Source of the DNA: a virus
DNA: 64,000 nt
Reading direction: 5' to 3' (one strand)
Virus record (IMG/VR): IMGVR_UViG_3300030098_006570
Span: 1 to 64,000 of that record
Shown one piece after another: positions 57,137 through 64,000 of the stretch. Position numbers and translations under genes: made by a program. Position 1 is the first letter of the stretch. Each line of letters begins with the position of its first letter. Below the pieces are notes generated by a model, which saw only the letters and a program-made list of their open reading frames with translations, made no database searches and was not told the DNA's origin.

Positions 57137-57174
57137 CTCTATCACCAGTATACACCAGTGATAGAGCCTGTCAA
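57137..57174 (-). promoter_or_regulatory. sigma70-like promoter inside an inverted repeat / terminator hairpin
   Basis: TTGACA-16nt-TATACT; arms CTCTATCAC(TGG) and (CTG)GTGATAGAG, followed by TTTTGTTTT. Confidence 0.7.
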
Positions 57175-57208
57175 GTGTTATTTTTAATTTTTATTGGTAG
57201 CCGAAGTC

Positions 57209-57658
57209 TTAAAAGTTTCTTGGATAATCGCGCTTAATGGCGTGAACACGTTCGCCCTTGGCTAGCCGGCCTTTGATCCTATCTACATCACCCTGATGGA
57301 GGCGACCTTTTGACTTTTCAAATTCTGCTTTCCGAATAAGATCCTGAGCCTCAGCGTTGCTCTCCTCCATCGGAGCGTACATCGGGTTGGCCAGGATGTG
57401 ACGAAGCGAAGCAACCATGTCGGCGTCCAAACTCATACTGAGATCTTCCAACTCATCGCGGGTCATCTTGCCCAGGGCCTCTCTAGCCTTTATGAGAATG
57501 AGAAGCCGCTCTTCGGGGGATGTGAAGGCCCGGTCGCGAGTCTCCTCATCCTCCGGTTCGGCGATATCTTCAATGCCAGCACCGGGGCGGTCGGCGCCGC
57601 GCATGGCATCCATCTCTTCCTTGATAATCTTTTTAAGTCTTTGTTTCGTGATTTTCAT
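57209..57658 (-). CDS. Hypothetical protein, MKITKQRLKKIIKEE leader
   Basis: ORF track; paralogous leader. Confidence 0.75.
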   Translation of the reverse strand: MKITKQRLKKIIKEEMDAMRGADRPGAGIEDIAEPEDEETRDRAFTSPEERLLILIKAREALGKMTRDELEDLSMSLDADMVASLRHILANPMYAPMEESNAEAQDLIRKAEFEKSKGRLHQGDVDRIKGRLAKGERVHAIKRDYPRNF

Positions 57659-57987
57659 GGCTTCTTGAACCTCTCCTTGTCGGATCTATAATCTCCAGCA
57701 GAACGCTTGCGCCCGATCCTTTTCAGTCCCTGCCGCATTCTTTTGATCTTCTCTGGTGTAATTTGTGGTAATTCTAGGGTTGCTTCTTCGTCCTCTTTCT
57801 CGGACTCTTCCTTCATGGGGCCGCTGCACATCTCTTCGGCCTCTGCTTTGGACAGTCCCTCAGGACGGTCGGCATCTTCGTCAGCCATGGCGCACATGTA
57901 GTTACGCTGCTTTTCGGAGTGAACTTCAACCACCGAAGCAATCTCTTCTTTGATAATCTGGTGTAATCTTGTTTTACTAATCTTCAT
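57655..57987 (-). CDS. Hypothetical protein, MKISKTRLHQIIKEE leader
   Basis: ORF track; ATGA coupling. Confidence 0.75.
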   Translation of the reverse strand: MKISKTRLHQIIKEEIASVVEVHSEKQRNYMCAMADEDADRPEGLSKAEAEEMCSGPMKEESEKEDEEATLELPQITPEKIKRMRQGLKRIGRKRSAGDYRSDKERFKKP

Positions 57988-58109
57988 TTCTTGGTCTCCA
58001 TTGTACCTAAGAGGTCTTCGCCCATGTATCGAATCTCATAAACCATTACTGCTCTCAAATAGAGTATTTCTTGAATCATGTTTGTTAGGTGGGCTCCTGA
58101 TATCTTCAT
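57984..58109 (-). CDS. Small hypothetical protein, degenerate leader MKISGAHLTNMIQE
   Basis: Manual translation (41 aa); coupled by ATGA to the next gene. Confidence 0.5.
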   Translation of the reverse strand: MKISGAHLTNMIQEILYLRAVMVYEIRYMGEDLLGTMETKK

Positions 58110-58110
58110 T

Positions 58111-58344
58111 TTATAGAATATTTTTTAGCGCGTCGTTCAGGAAGTCTCGGAGATTCTCTATAGCTACATACTGCACTGCTTCCCGAATAGCACCATCAAG
58201 CTCTTCAAGAACACCTATTTCGGTTTGGCTTTTGCCGTATCTTTCGGCAGGAGTTCGCATATCGGGCTCTTCCTCTTCTGTTACGGCACCGAGTCCTATC
58301 TCTTCCTTGATGATTTCTCGTAATCTTTGTTTGGTGATTTTCAT
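58111..58344 (-). CDS. Hypothetical protein, MKITKQRLREIIKEE leader
   Basis: Start reassigned to 58344 after AGGAG; late motif at 58378-58387. Confidence 0.75.
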   Translation of the reverse strand: MKITKQRLREIIKEEIGLGAVTEEEEPDMRTPAERYGKSQTEIGVLEELDGAIREAVQYVAIENLRDFLNDALKNIL

Positions 58345-58352
58345 GACTTCTC

Positions 58353-59288
58353 CTACAGCGACATGGCAATTGTCAACAATAAATAGTTGTCCGGAGTGAT
58401 AAGAGTCGCATTTTCCAGGCATTTCTGGAATTGTCCCTTATTCATAGACCCGACGTCTTCGTTATCACCGATATCAACCTTCCAAACCTCGATATCAAAA
58501 TCCAGCAAAGTTTTGATAATTTCAAGCTCTTTCTTCTTTGCGTCAGGGTCTAGCGCCACATAAACTCCCGCGTCTTCTTTCACGATCCTACGGAGCAAAA
58601 CAGAGTTCTGATTTAATGTAGACCCCAGAATGGGGACTGCGTTCCTGCCCGCTGTAATGGCATCAAACACACCCTCTACCAGAATGATATCGGAACTCCA
58701 GTCCACAAATAAATCGTTGAAGACAATATTCTTGCTGACCGGAGGATTCTTGTACTTAGGATAGAACTTCTTGTCGTAGGAGCGAGACACAAAATATGTC
58801 AGATCGCCCTCTTCGTCAAACGACGGAATAATGATACGACCTTCGTACTCGCCACTGGCGCAGTAGCCCATCTTCCACCACATGATATCTTTCTTATCGA
58901 TACCGCGCTTGCGTAGATAGTTACGGGCCGCGAACCCTGTGGGTGGAACATCTTTGCTGGCCAGAGAAACAAAGCCCTCGGGCATCTCAACTACTTGCTT
59001 TTCTTCAATTGTCTCTGCGAAAAGATCTTCGAGCTTGTCATATTCAACAGCGTCAGTAAACTCTCGCCAAGCTGCCTTATCAGAGTGATTGCCGAAGCGG
59101 CGAATAACACGATAGATATTTTTACCACGCGTGTCGCATATCCAGCATTTGTAGTAGCCCTTAGCCACATTGACAGAAAACTTACGCTTATGATGATTAC
59201 AATAGGGACAAGCAAATAGATACTCATTGTTGGATCTGTACGCTGGCCCGAGGACGTTAGTTAGAATCTTGAGTTTCTTGGCTTTCAC
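58353..59288 (-). CDS. DNA primase (zinc finger + TOPRIM)
   Basis: CPYC..H...CWIC, RIIIP, KYKNP, EGVFDA and LDPDA motifs; start position uncertain. Confidence 0.88.
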   Translation of the reverse strand: MKAKKLKILTNVLGPAYRSNNEYLFACPYCNHHKRKFSVNVAKGYYKCWICDTRGKNIYRVIRRFGNHSDKAAWREFTDAVEYDKLEDLFAETIEEKQVVEMPEGFVSLASKDVPPTGFAARNYLRKRGIDKKDIMWWKMGYCASGEYEGRIIIPSFDEEGDLTYFVSRSYDKKFYPKYKNPPVSKNIVFNDLFVDWSSDIILVEGVFDAITAGRNAVPILGSTLNQNSVLLRRIVKEDAGVYVALDPDAKKKELEIIKTLLDFDIEVWKVDIGDNEDVGSMNKGQFQKCLENATLITPDNYLLLTIAMSL

Positions 59289-59790
59289 GTATCCATCCCG
59301 CCTTTGCAATCACATAGCTATCCGAACGGTCGGCGTAGCCAGCCTTTGGATTACCATGTCTTGTGTATTCTATATCAAAGGAGGGTACGTTGTCAAGCAC
59401 AAACTGAAGCGCGACGGCTTTTGCCTTATGGCCCTTGGGAACCTTGATGCCACAACTTTTTCTAGCCGACGTAGCAGCGATATATTCGGGCTCGATTCCA
59501 AAAAGATTATAACATATCCATGAAACAATGCCATTTATTTTTGACAATAAAGATAATGTCTGTGCTGATGAAAATCCAGAGCGGAAAGACTGAAGGGACT
59601 GTTCCACATAAATGTGCTCAATAAAGTAATCATTTCGTATTGCCGCTAGCCGACCCTCAACCGCAGAACACTTCTGAAAGAAGTTCTTTTCTTTACGAAG
59701 ATCTATATGGTCGCAGACGACGATATTGCCGCTATTATCCAATATGGTGTAGCCAGTAATACTGGTTGAGATGTCAAGTCCTAAAATCAC
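59257..59790 (-). CDS. RuvC-like Holliday junction resolvase
   Basis: MILGLDISTSITG, IYVEQ and DRSDSYVIA motifs. Confidence 0.8.
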   Translation of the reverse strand: MILGLDISTSITGYTILDNSGNIVVCDHIDLRKEKNFFQKCSAVEGRLAAIRNDYFIEHIYVEQSLQSFRSGFSSAQTLSLLSKINGIVSWICYNLFGIEPEYIAATSARKSCGIKVPKGHKAKAVALQFVLDNVPSFDIEYTRHGNPKAGYADRSDSYVIAKAGWIRESQETQDSN

Positions 59791-61032
59791 TTAGATATCT
59801 AACTTAAGTTTGAAAGTAAAATCCCGTTGAGCGGTCTTCTTCACCGGGGTCGCAGGCTTCGCAATAGCGATAAGGTTTTGGTTCTTATCATAAATGCCAA
59901 TCTTGGAGATATAAGTAGTTTTCTCAAATGACCCAGTAGGATCATTATACGCGGAGCTAACCACATTTTTAATGCCTCGCTGGGGATTTTCCACATAGCC
60001 TTGAGGACTGAGAGAAAACTGGCTTCCGGATCCGGCATCCACAAAAGATGGATTATTAGAGTGATTGAGTTCTCCCTTCGGTGCAGTAGCAAAAAGGGTC
60101 ATGTTTTGAATCTTGCTTGTCCCGCTCATATGAAGTAAAAAGGCGCTGTTAGGAGCCCGGCTGCCGCTAGCTCCAACGGTTCCCTCAATAGACTGGGCAA
60201 AGTATCTCCAACGAGGACGATCTCCTCCCGTAACGTATAAATCTGTGAAAAGAGCGCTCTTGAGGGCGACCGAGCTGGTGAGTACAATAAACCCTTCATT
60301 GTACAAGACAAAACCAATAGCGCTTCCGCTAGCTGGAGATCCAGTATAGTTGTCGTAGAGCACGCCATCCCGATTAGTATCCTGGGCGCGGGCAAAAAGC
60401 GATCCGGTCCAATAATATTGAAGGTTAACGGAGCCGGGCTTGATCTGTGAGCCATAAAAGATTGAGGGAACACTAATGAGGCCGGTTGCTGTGTCATTGA
60501 GATCGCGGCGGAGCACAGAAGAAGAGTAAGCAATATAGGGGCTTACATAGGTATAATAATCTATAGTGTTTTTAAGCGCATGAAGATGAGAGACCGACCC
60601 ACTAGAGACAACGCCCTCCGGATATGTGACGCTGCTAGCTGTGAGAGCCGGGGTCACGTAACGGGGTGTCGTAGCCGTGTAATATTCTTTGGTAATCGAT
60701 GAGGTCTCAGGATAGGATCCCGAAATAATGTCGCCCACCTGGTAGTTACTCGCGTAATTTGCATTGGTGGTGGTACGAAACCCTATTCGAGTCCCGTCTT
60801 TGATAACGAATGGTGTGATGAGACCAGTTTTGGTAACGTCCCTATCAATGTTCATCTCAAACAAAGATATATGGCCCGGTGTGGTCATACGAATAGACCC
60901 AGTAAACGAACCAGAGATATTAGGAGTATTGTTAAAAGATGAAGTAAGGTTGTAAACGAAAAGTTTTACTTCCGGATACGTCTTTATCGTATTGATGTAA
61001 ACATCATTACTCGCAAACTTGTACAGTGGCAT
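59791..61032 (-). CDS. Virion (baseplate/fibre-attachment) protein
   Basis: C-terminal ISKIGIYD...LIAIAK...FKLKLDI; paralogous to 61041. Confidence 0.6.
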   Translation of the reverse strand: MPLYKFASNDVYINTIKTYPEVKLFVYNLTSSFNNTPNISGSFTGSIRMTTPGHISLFEMNIDRDVTKTGLITPFVIKDGTRIGFRTTTNANYASNYQVGDIISGSYPETSSITKEYYTATTPRYVTPALTASSVTYPEGVVSSGSVSHLHALKNTIDYYTYVSPYIAYSSSVLRRDLNDTATGLISVPSIFYGSQIKPGSVNLQYYWTGSLFARAQDTNRDGVLYDNYTGSPASGSAIGFVLYNEGFIVLTSSVALKSALFTDLYVTGGDRPRWRYFAQSIEGTVGASGSRAPNSAFLLHMSGTSKIQNMTLFATAPKGELNHSNNPSFVDAGSGSQFSLSPQGYVENPQRGIKNVVSSAYNDPTGSFEKTTYISKIGIYDKNQNLIAIAKPATPVKKTAQRDFTFKLKLDI

Positions 61033-61040
61033 TGCTCATC

Positions 61041-62138
61041 CTAGTAATCCAGCCGCACTCTAAGGGTAAATTCGTTGGTAGGATCTTTCTTGAGGGGCTC
61101 GGAAAGCTTAGCCACCGCCATCAGTTCATTGTCGGGCGAGTAAAGACCCACAGCGGTGGGATAGGCCACCGGGTTATCTTGAGAGTTGTTCTTCACTACC
61201 AGGCGACTGGAACTAAGATAGGTCTTGTTCGAGGAGTAATTGAATTCATTGTGGTTGGCCCGACAGAAGTAAACCGTGGAGTTCAGCTCCGTCGTATTGT
61301 TGAACTGAATATTGGCTACTCGGTGGCGCAAGAAGTTGCAGTTTCCGGAAATAGATGCCGAAACCATGCTGTTGCGAATGGGCTGGTCTTGAGAGCCAGT
61401 AGCTGCGTAATCCCAAACCACCATACCGCCGCCACTAGAACCAGATACCAACCCGCCGGCCTGGAAAACAGAAGCTGTGAGGACGGCAATCCCGGCCTGA
61501 TAATAAACAAGGCCAGCCAAAGAGCCCGTAGGATTCTTCGTGCCGATGCCAGCGCCACCACTCAGATAGAGAATGCCATATTCTCCAGCAGGGGAGTTGA
61601 CCTTATATACATTTTCGGCGTTGTAATCTCGCACCAATACTGTGGCTGTCATGGAAGAGGAAATACCAGCTGCTACGCCCAAAGTAAGATTGAAGCTCCC
61701 TTTCTTGATCTCATCTTTGGCGAGAAGACGAGTGAAGTTAATAAACACGGCCTCGTTAATCTTCTGGCCGCCCGTAAGATCCCCATCTTTATCAAAACGT
61801 CGTAGTTTTCCATTTTCATCAAAACCAACCAAGACCTGGGCCATTTCATTGTAAATGTTGATCTTTTTGGCGTTCTGAATAGCCGTAGACGATGAAAGAC
61901 TCGATGTGGCGGCATAACCAAAAGTAAGATCAAAAATATGGTTTGCGGAAGAACTCAAGTAAGGATAATCGTATACCGACTGGAACATTCCATGTGCATA
62001 GTTTTTGATGTTATTACCATTGGGGTACGTACCATAGGTACCCGAGATTATCGTACCCGTGATTGGAATAGACTCATGGAGGAGGTTGCGTGTTGAAACG
62101 ACATCGTTTGCGGTCAGTGTTTTGAATGAAGTTGCCAT
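61041..62138 (-). CDS. Virion (baseplate/fibre-attachment) protein
   Basis: YFCRA...FNYSSN...VGLYSPDNELMAVAKLSEPLKKD...VRLDY. Confidence 0.6.
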   Translation of the reverse strand: MATSFKTLTANDVVSTRNLLHESIPITGTIISGTYGTYPNGNNIKNYAHGMFQSVYDYPYLSSSANHIFDLTFGYAATSSLSSSTAIQNAKKINIYNEMAQVLVGFDENGKLRRFDKDGDLTGGQKINEAVFINFTRLLAKDEIKKGSFNLTLGVAAGISSSMTATVLVRDYNAENVYKVNSPAGEYGILYLSGGAGIGTKNPTGSLAGLVYYQAGIAVLTASVFQAGGLVSGSSGGGMVVWDYAATGSQDQPIRNSMVSASISGNCNFLRHRVANIQFNNTTELNSTVYFCRANHNEFNYSSNKTYLSSSRLVVKNNSQDNPVAYPTAVGLYSPDNELMAVAKLSEPLKKDPTNEFTLRVRLDY

Positions 62139-62150
62139 ATTTCCTTACCT

Positions 62151-63131
62151 TTAGCTCGTAGATTTCACAAATCGTACGGGAATATCAATACTATATCCGG
62201 TATTGATGCCGGAGATTCGAATGGTGGAGTCAATGAAGCGATATGTGCCGGCATTGAGATTCTTTCCGCCATCTGCCGTCGCGTCATTAGTAATGTTGGC
62301 GCTTCCCAAGCTGCCGAGGGTCGTGAAAAGATAATCACTAGTGCGCAACTCTAGGCTTGATCCAATCCGCATTCCAAGCATTGTCCCCTTTGGGCCAGCG
62401 ATGGCCGAATCAATTGCAATGCTCGGGATGTTCTGCACAAAACCATTCGTGGTGTTTGCTGTAAAATAATAGTTAGCAATAGAATCATCGTCAATAAAAG
62501 ACGGCGTCGCCGGAGCTAACTGGACATTACTCGCTGCATTCGCTGTGGCAGTGCCTCCAGCGCCTGGGGGCGGGAAGATCTGACCCAGTCGATTGTCAAT
62601 CTGCACAATATACTGAGTCTCTACTAGGTCGTCCGAAAGGGGCTCTTCGGCCGATAGCTGATTCGTGTTGAGGCCCTGGTCCAGACGGATCTTTGAGGTA
62701 TCCGATCCTGGCCGGTATCCATTCAAAATTCCAGTTCCCAGAACTTTACCAAAATTATTGACAGTTGTTTCGTCAACGGGCACAATAAAAGTATTAGCAG
62801 CGTTCATTGCCACGCCAATACCAACGCGCTCATTGAGAACAATCTCAGGTAAATAGAGGATATCATTTCGGCCAATAGTGATAAGACGAGATTTCATACT
62901 AGAGATGTTGTTAGTAAAAGCTTCCAAAACAGGAGTCTGCAAAATCTGCAAATCGTAATAGGCCGATCCGCTGACATTATTCTTGTCATACAGGCCATAA
63001 TCGATCTCATCGTCGGCCAGTGCAAATTTGGAAATTTTAAAGCTACCGTCGCCCTTAGCCAAACGCATGCGGCCGGTATCTGTGAGTACAGCGTCCAAAA
63101 TAATGTCGCCCGAATTATCTAGAAATCCCAT
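62151..63131 (-). CDS. Virion structural protein
   Basis: MGFLDNSGDIILDAVLTDTGR...FALADDEIDY; late motif upstream. Confidence 0.6.
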   Translation of the reverse strand: MGFLDNSGDIILDAVLTDTGRMRLAKGDGSFKISKFALADDEIDYGLYDKNNVSGSAYYDLQILQTPVLEAFTNNISSMKSRLITIGRNDILYLPEIVLNERVGIGVAMNAANTFIVPVDETTVNNFGKVLGTGILNGYRPGSDTSKIRLDQGLNTNQLSAEEPLSDDLVETQYIVQIDNRLGQIFPPPGAGGTATANAASNVQLAPATPSFIDDDSIANYYFTANTTNGFVQNIPSIAIDSAIAGPKGTMLGMRIGSSLELRTSDYLFTTLGSLGSANITNDATADGGKNLNAGTYRFIDSTIRISGINTGYSIDIPVRFVKSTS

Positions 63132-63181
63132 TGTCTATTCACCTCTCGTAATATAAATAGTTATCACTTTAACTAATGTCT

Positions 63182-64000
63182 CTATGGATTTGTAACCCCA
63201 CTATTTTTGAACGTGATGTTCAAATCCAATTTTTTGCCTGTTTTTCTACTGATCAGGCGAACCTTGAACTTTTTATCCCACACTGCATCTGCAGCTGCAC
63301 CAATTTCATTATTGGGGGGTGCGGTTCCCAGAACTGCTGAGCCGGCGGCAATATTGGTGTTGGCCATCTCAAACACTTGCTGCAGTTGCGCGGGCTCAAT
63401 CGCAAGGAGGCGCCTTACTGCCACACTCTTTTTCTGAGGTTCGGTTTCAAATGTAAATAGTTTTTTGCGCAGAAACAACTGGCCGGCATTATCCACTAGT
63501 TCAATTTCAAAAACAAATGTGGGATTAGAGATATTCTGATGTCGATCGATGGAACGGGCGCAATAATAATAGCGCACGTTCGGTTCTATAAAGTCTAAGT
63601 GCGAAGCCCCAGTAGAAAACTTGTTAGGAGACAACTGCTCCTCTACTCGTGCAATTTCTTGATTTACAAAGTCACTATACGACGTTGGCTTGCGATTTAC
63701 TCGAAACACCTCATATGTGCGTACAGGATCATCTGAGGCATATTCGAGGGGTATTGTGAGGGTTCCGATCTGGTCTGGCGTAATAGTAATCCCTTTCTGG
63801 GAGTAGTATTCATCTACGATAAAGGTCTCGTCAGAAGCCTCTAACCGAATGGGGATAGTTGTGCGGCGGCCTATATTGGGAGCCAGCAAAATAAGAATCT
63901 TGTCATTCTCTCCCCTATAGGGGACAAATCGTATGTCGGGAGGTACTGGCGGCTTGTCGCTAATAAGACTTGTTACGGTAGCGTGTGGCAACAGTAAGGG
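63182..64000 (-). CDS. Hypothetical virion protein with FN3-like beta segment (partial)
   Basis: YEVFR...EPNVRYYYCARSID...SNP; the frame appears open to the window edge. Confidence 0.55.
   Translation of the reverse strand, partial: PLLLPHATVTSLISDKPPVPPDIRFVPYRGENDKILILLAPNIGRRTTIPIRLEASDETFIVDEYYSQKGITITPDQIGTLTIPLEYASDDPVRTYEVFRVNRKPTSYSDFVNQEIARVEEQLSPNKFSTGASHLDFIEPNVRYYYCARSIDRHQNISNPTFVFEIELVDNAGQLFLRKKLFTFETEPQKKSVAVRRLLAIEPAQLQQVFEMANTNIAAGSAVLGTAPPNNEIGAAADAVWDKKFKVRLISRKTGKKLDLNITFKNSGVTNP

Noticed and set aside
57137-57166. Similarity of CTCTATCA/TGATAGAG to the tet operator
   Set aside because: Half-site spacing is far larger than in tetO, there is no TetR, and the equivalent hairpin at 5763 has unrelated arms.
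759-63437. Plus-strand and nested ORFs in the track other than 53193-53915
   Set aside because: They are antisense or out-of-frame shadows of well-supported genes and carry no recognisable motifs.
1-64000. Stop-codon reassignment
   Set aside because: Conserved genes are full length in the standard code, and TAA, TAG and TGA all end genes at tight junctions.
1-64000. tRNA, rRNA, integrase or IS elements
   Set aside because: None were recognisable by eye and intergenic gaps are short; tRNAscan was not run.

Overview
This window is a 64 kb segment of a large, apparently lytic, contractile-tailed (myovirus-type) dsDNA phage with distant T4-like gene architecture and roughly 50% GC. It uses the standard genetic code, and every credible gene but one lies on the minus strand. 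In transcription order (high to low coordinates) it carries baseplate/virion genes, a RuvC-like resolvase, primase, a cluster of small 'MKITKxRL..IIKEE' genes, an SbcD-SbcC fusion, a divergent J-domain gene and a holin/spanin-like cassette. These are followed by terminase, portal, prohead protease, ribosomal protein bS21, a Ser/Gly-rich fibre cluster, scaffold, major capsid, neck, sheath, tube, a frameshifted chaperone pair, tape measure and hub. The replication block holds a minimal PolA, a MazG-like NTP pyrophosphatase, a tubulin/FtsZ-like protein, a DNA methyltransferase, SSB, Hc1, Smr, RecA, a DenV-like glycosylase, a 5'-3' exonuclease, helicase, class II RNR, IscA and IscU. The most notable unexplained patterns are four. 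First, a putative capsid-cargo loading system: shared N-terminal leaders and a C-terminal RMxxLAG[IL] motif copied from the scaffold protein, on genes that have their own late promoters. Second, sigma70-type promoters whose -10 box sits in the loop of a long inverted repeat. Third, a ~33-nt stem-loop repeated in three consecutive 5' UTRs of the SSB/Hc1 operon. Fourth, a CTAnTTA late-promoter motif that includes a palindromic, possibly bidirectional copy. All product calls come from motif recognition by eye; no database searches were run.
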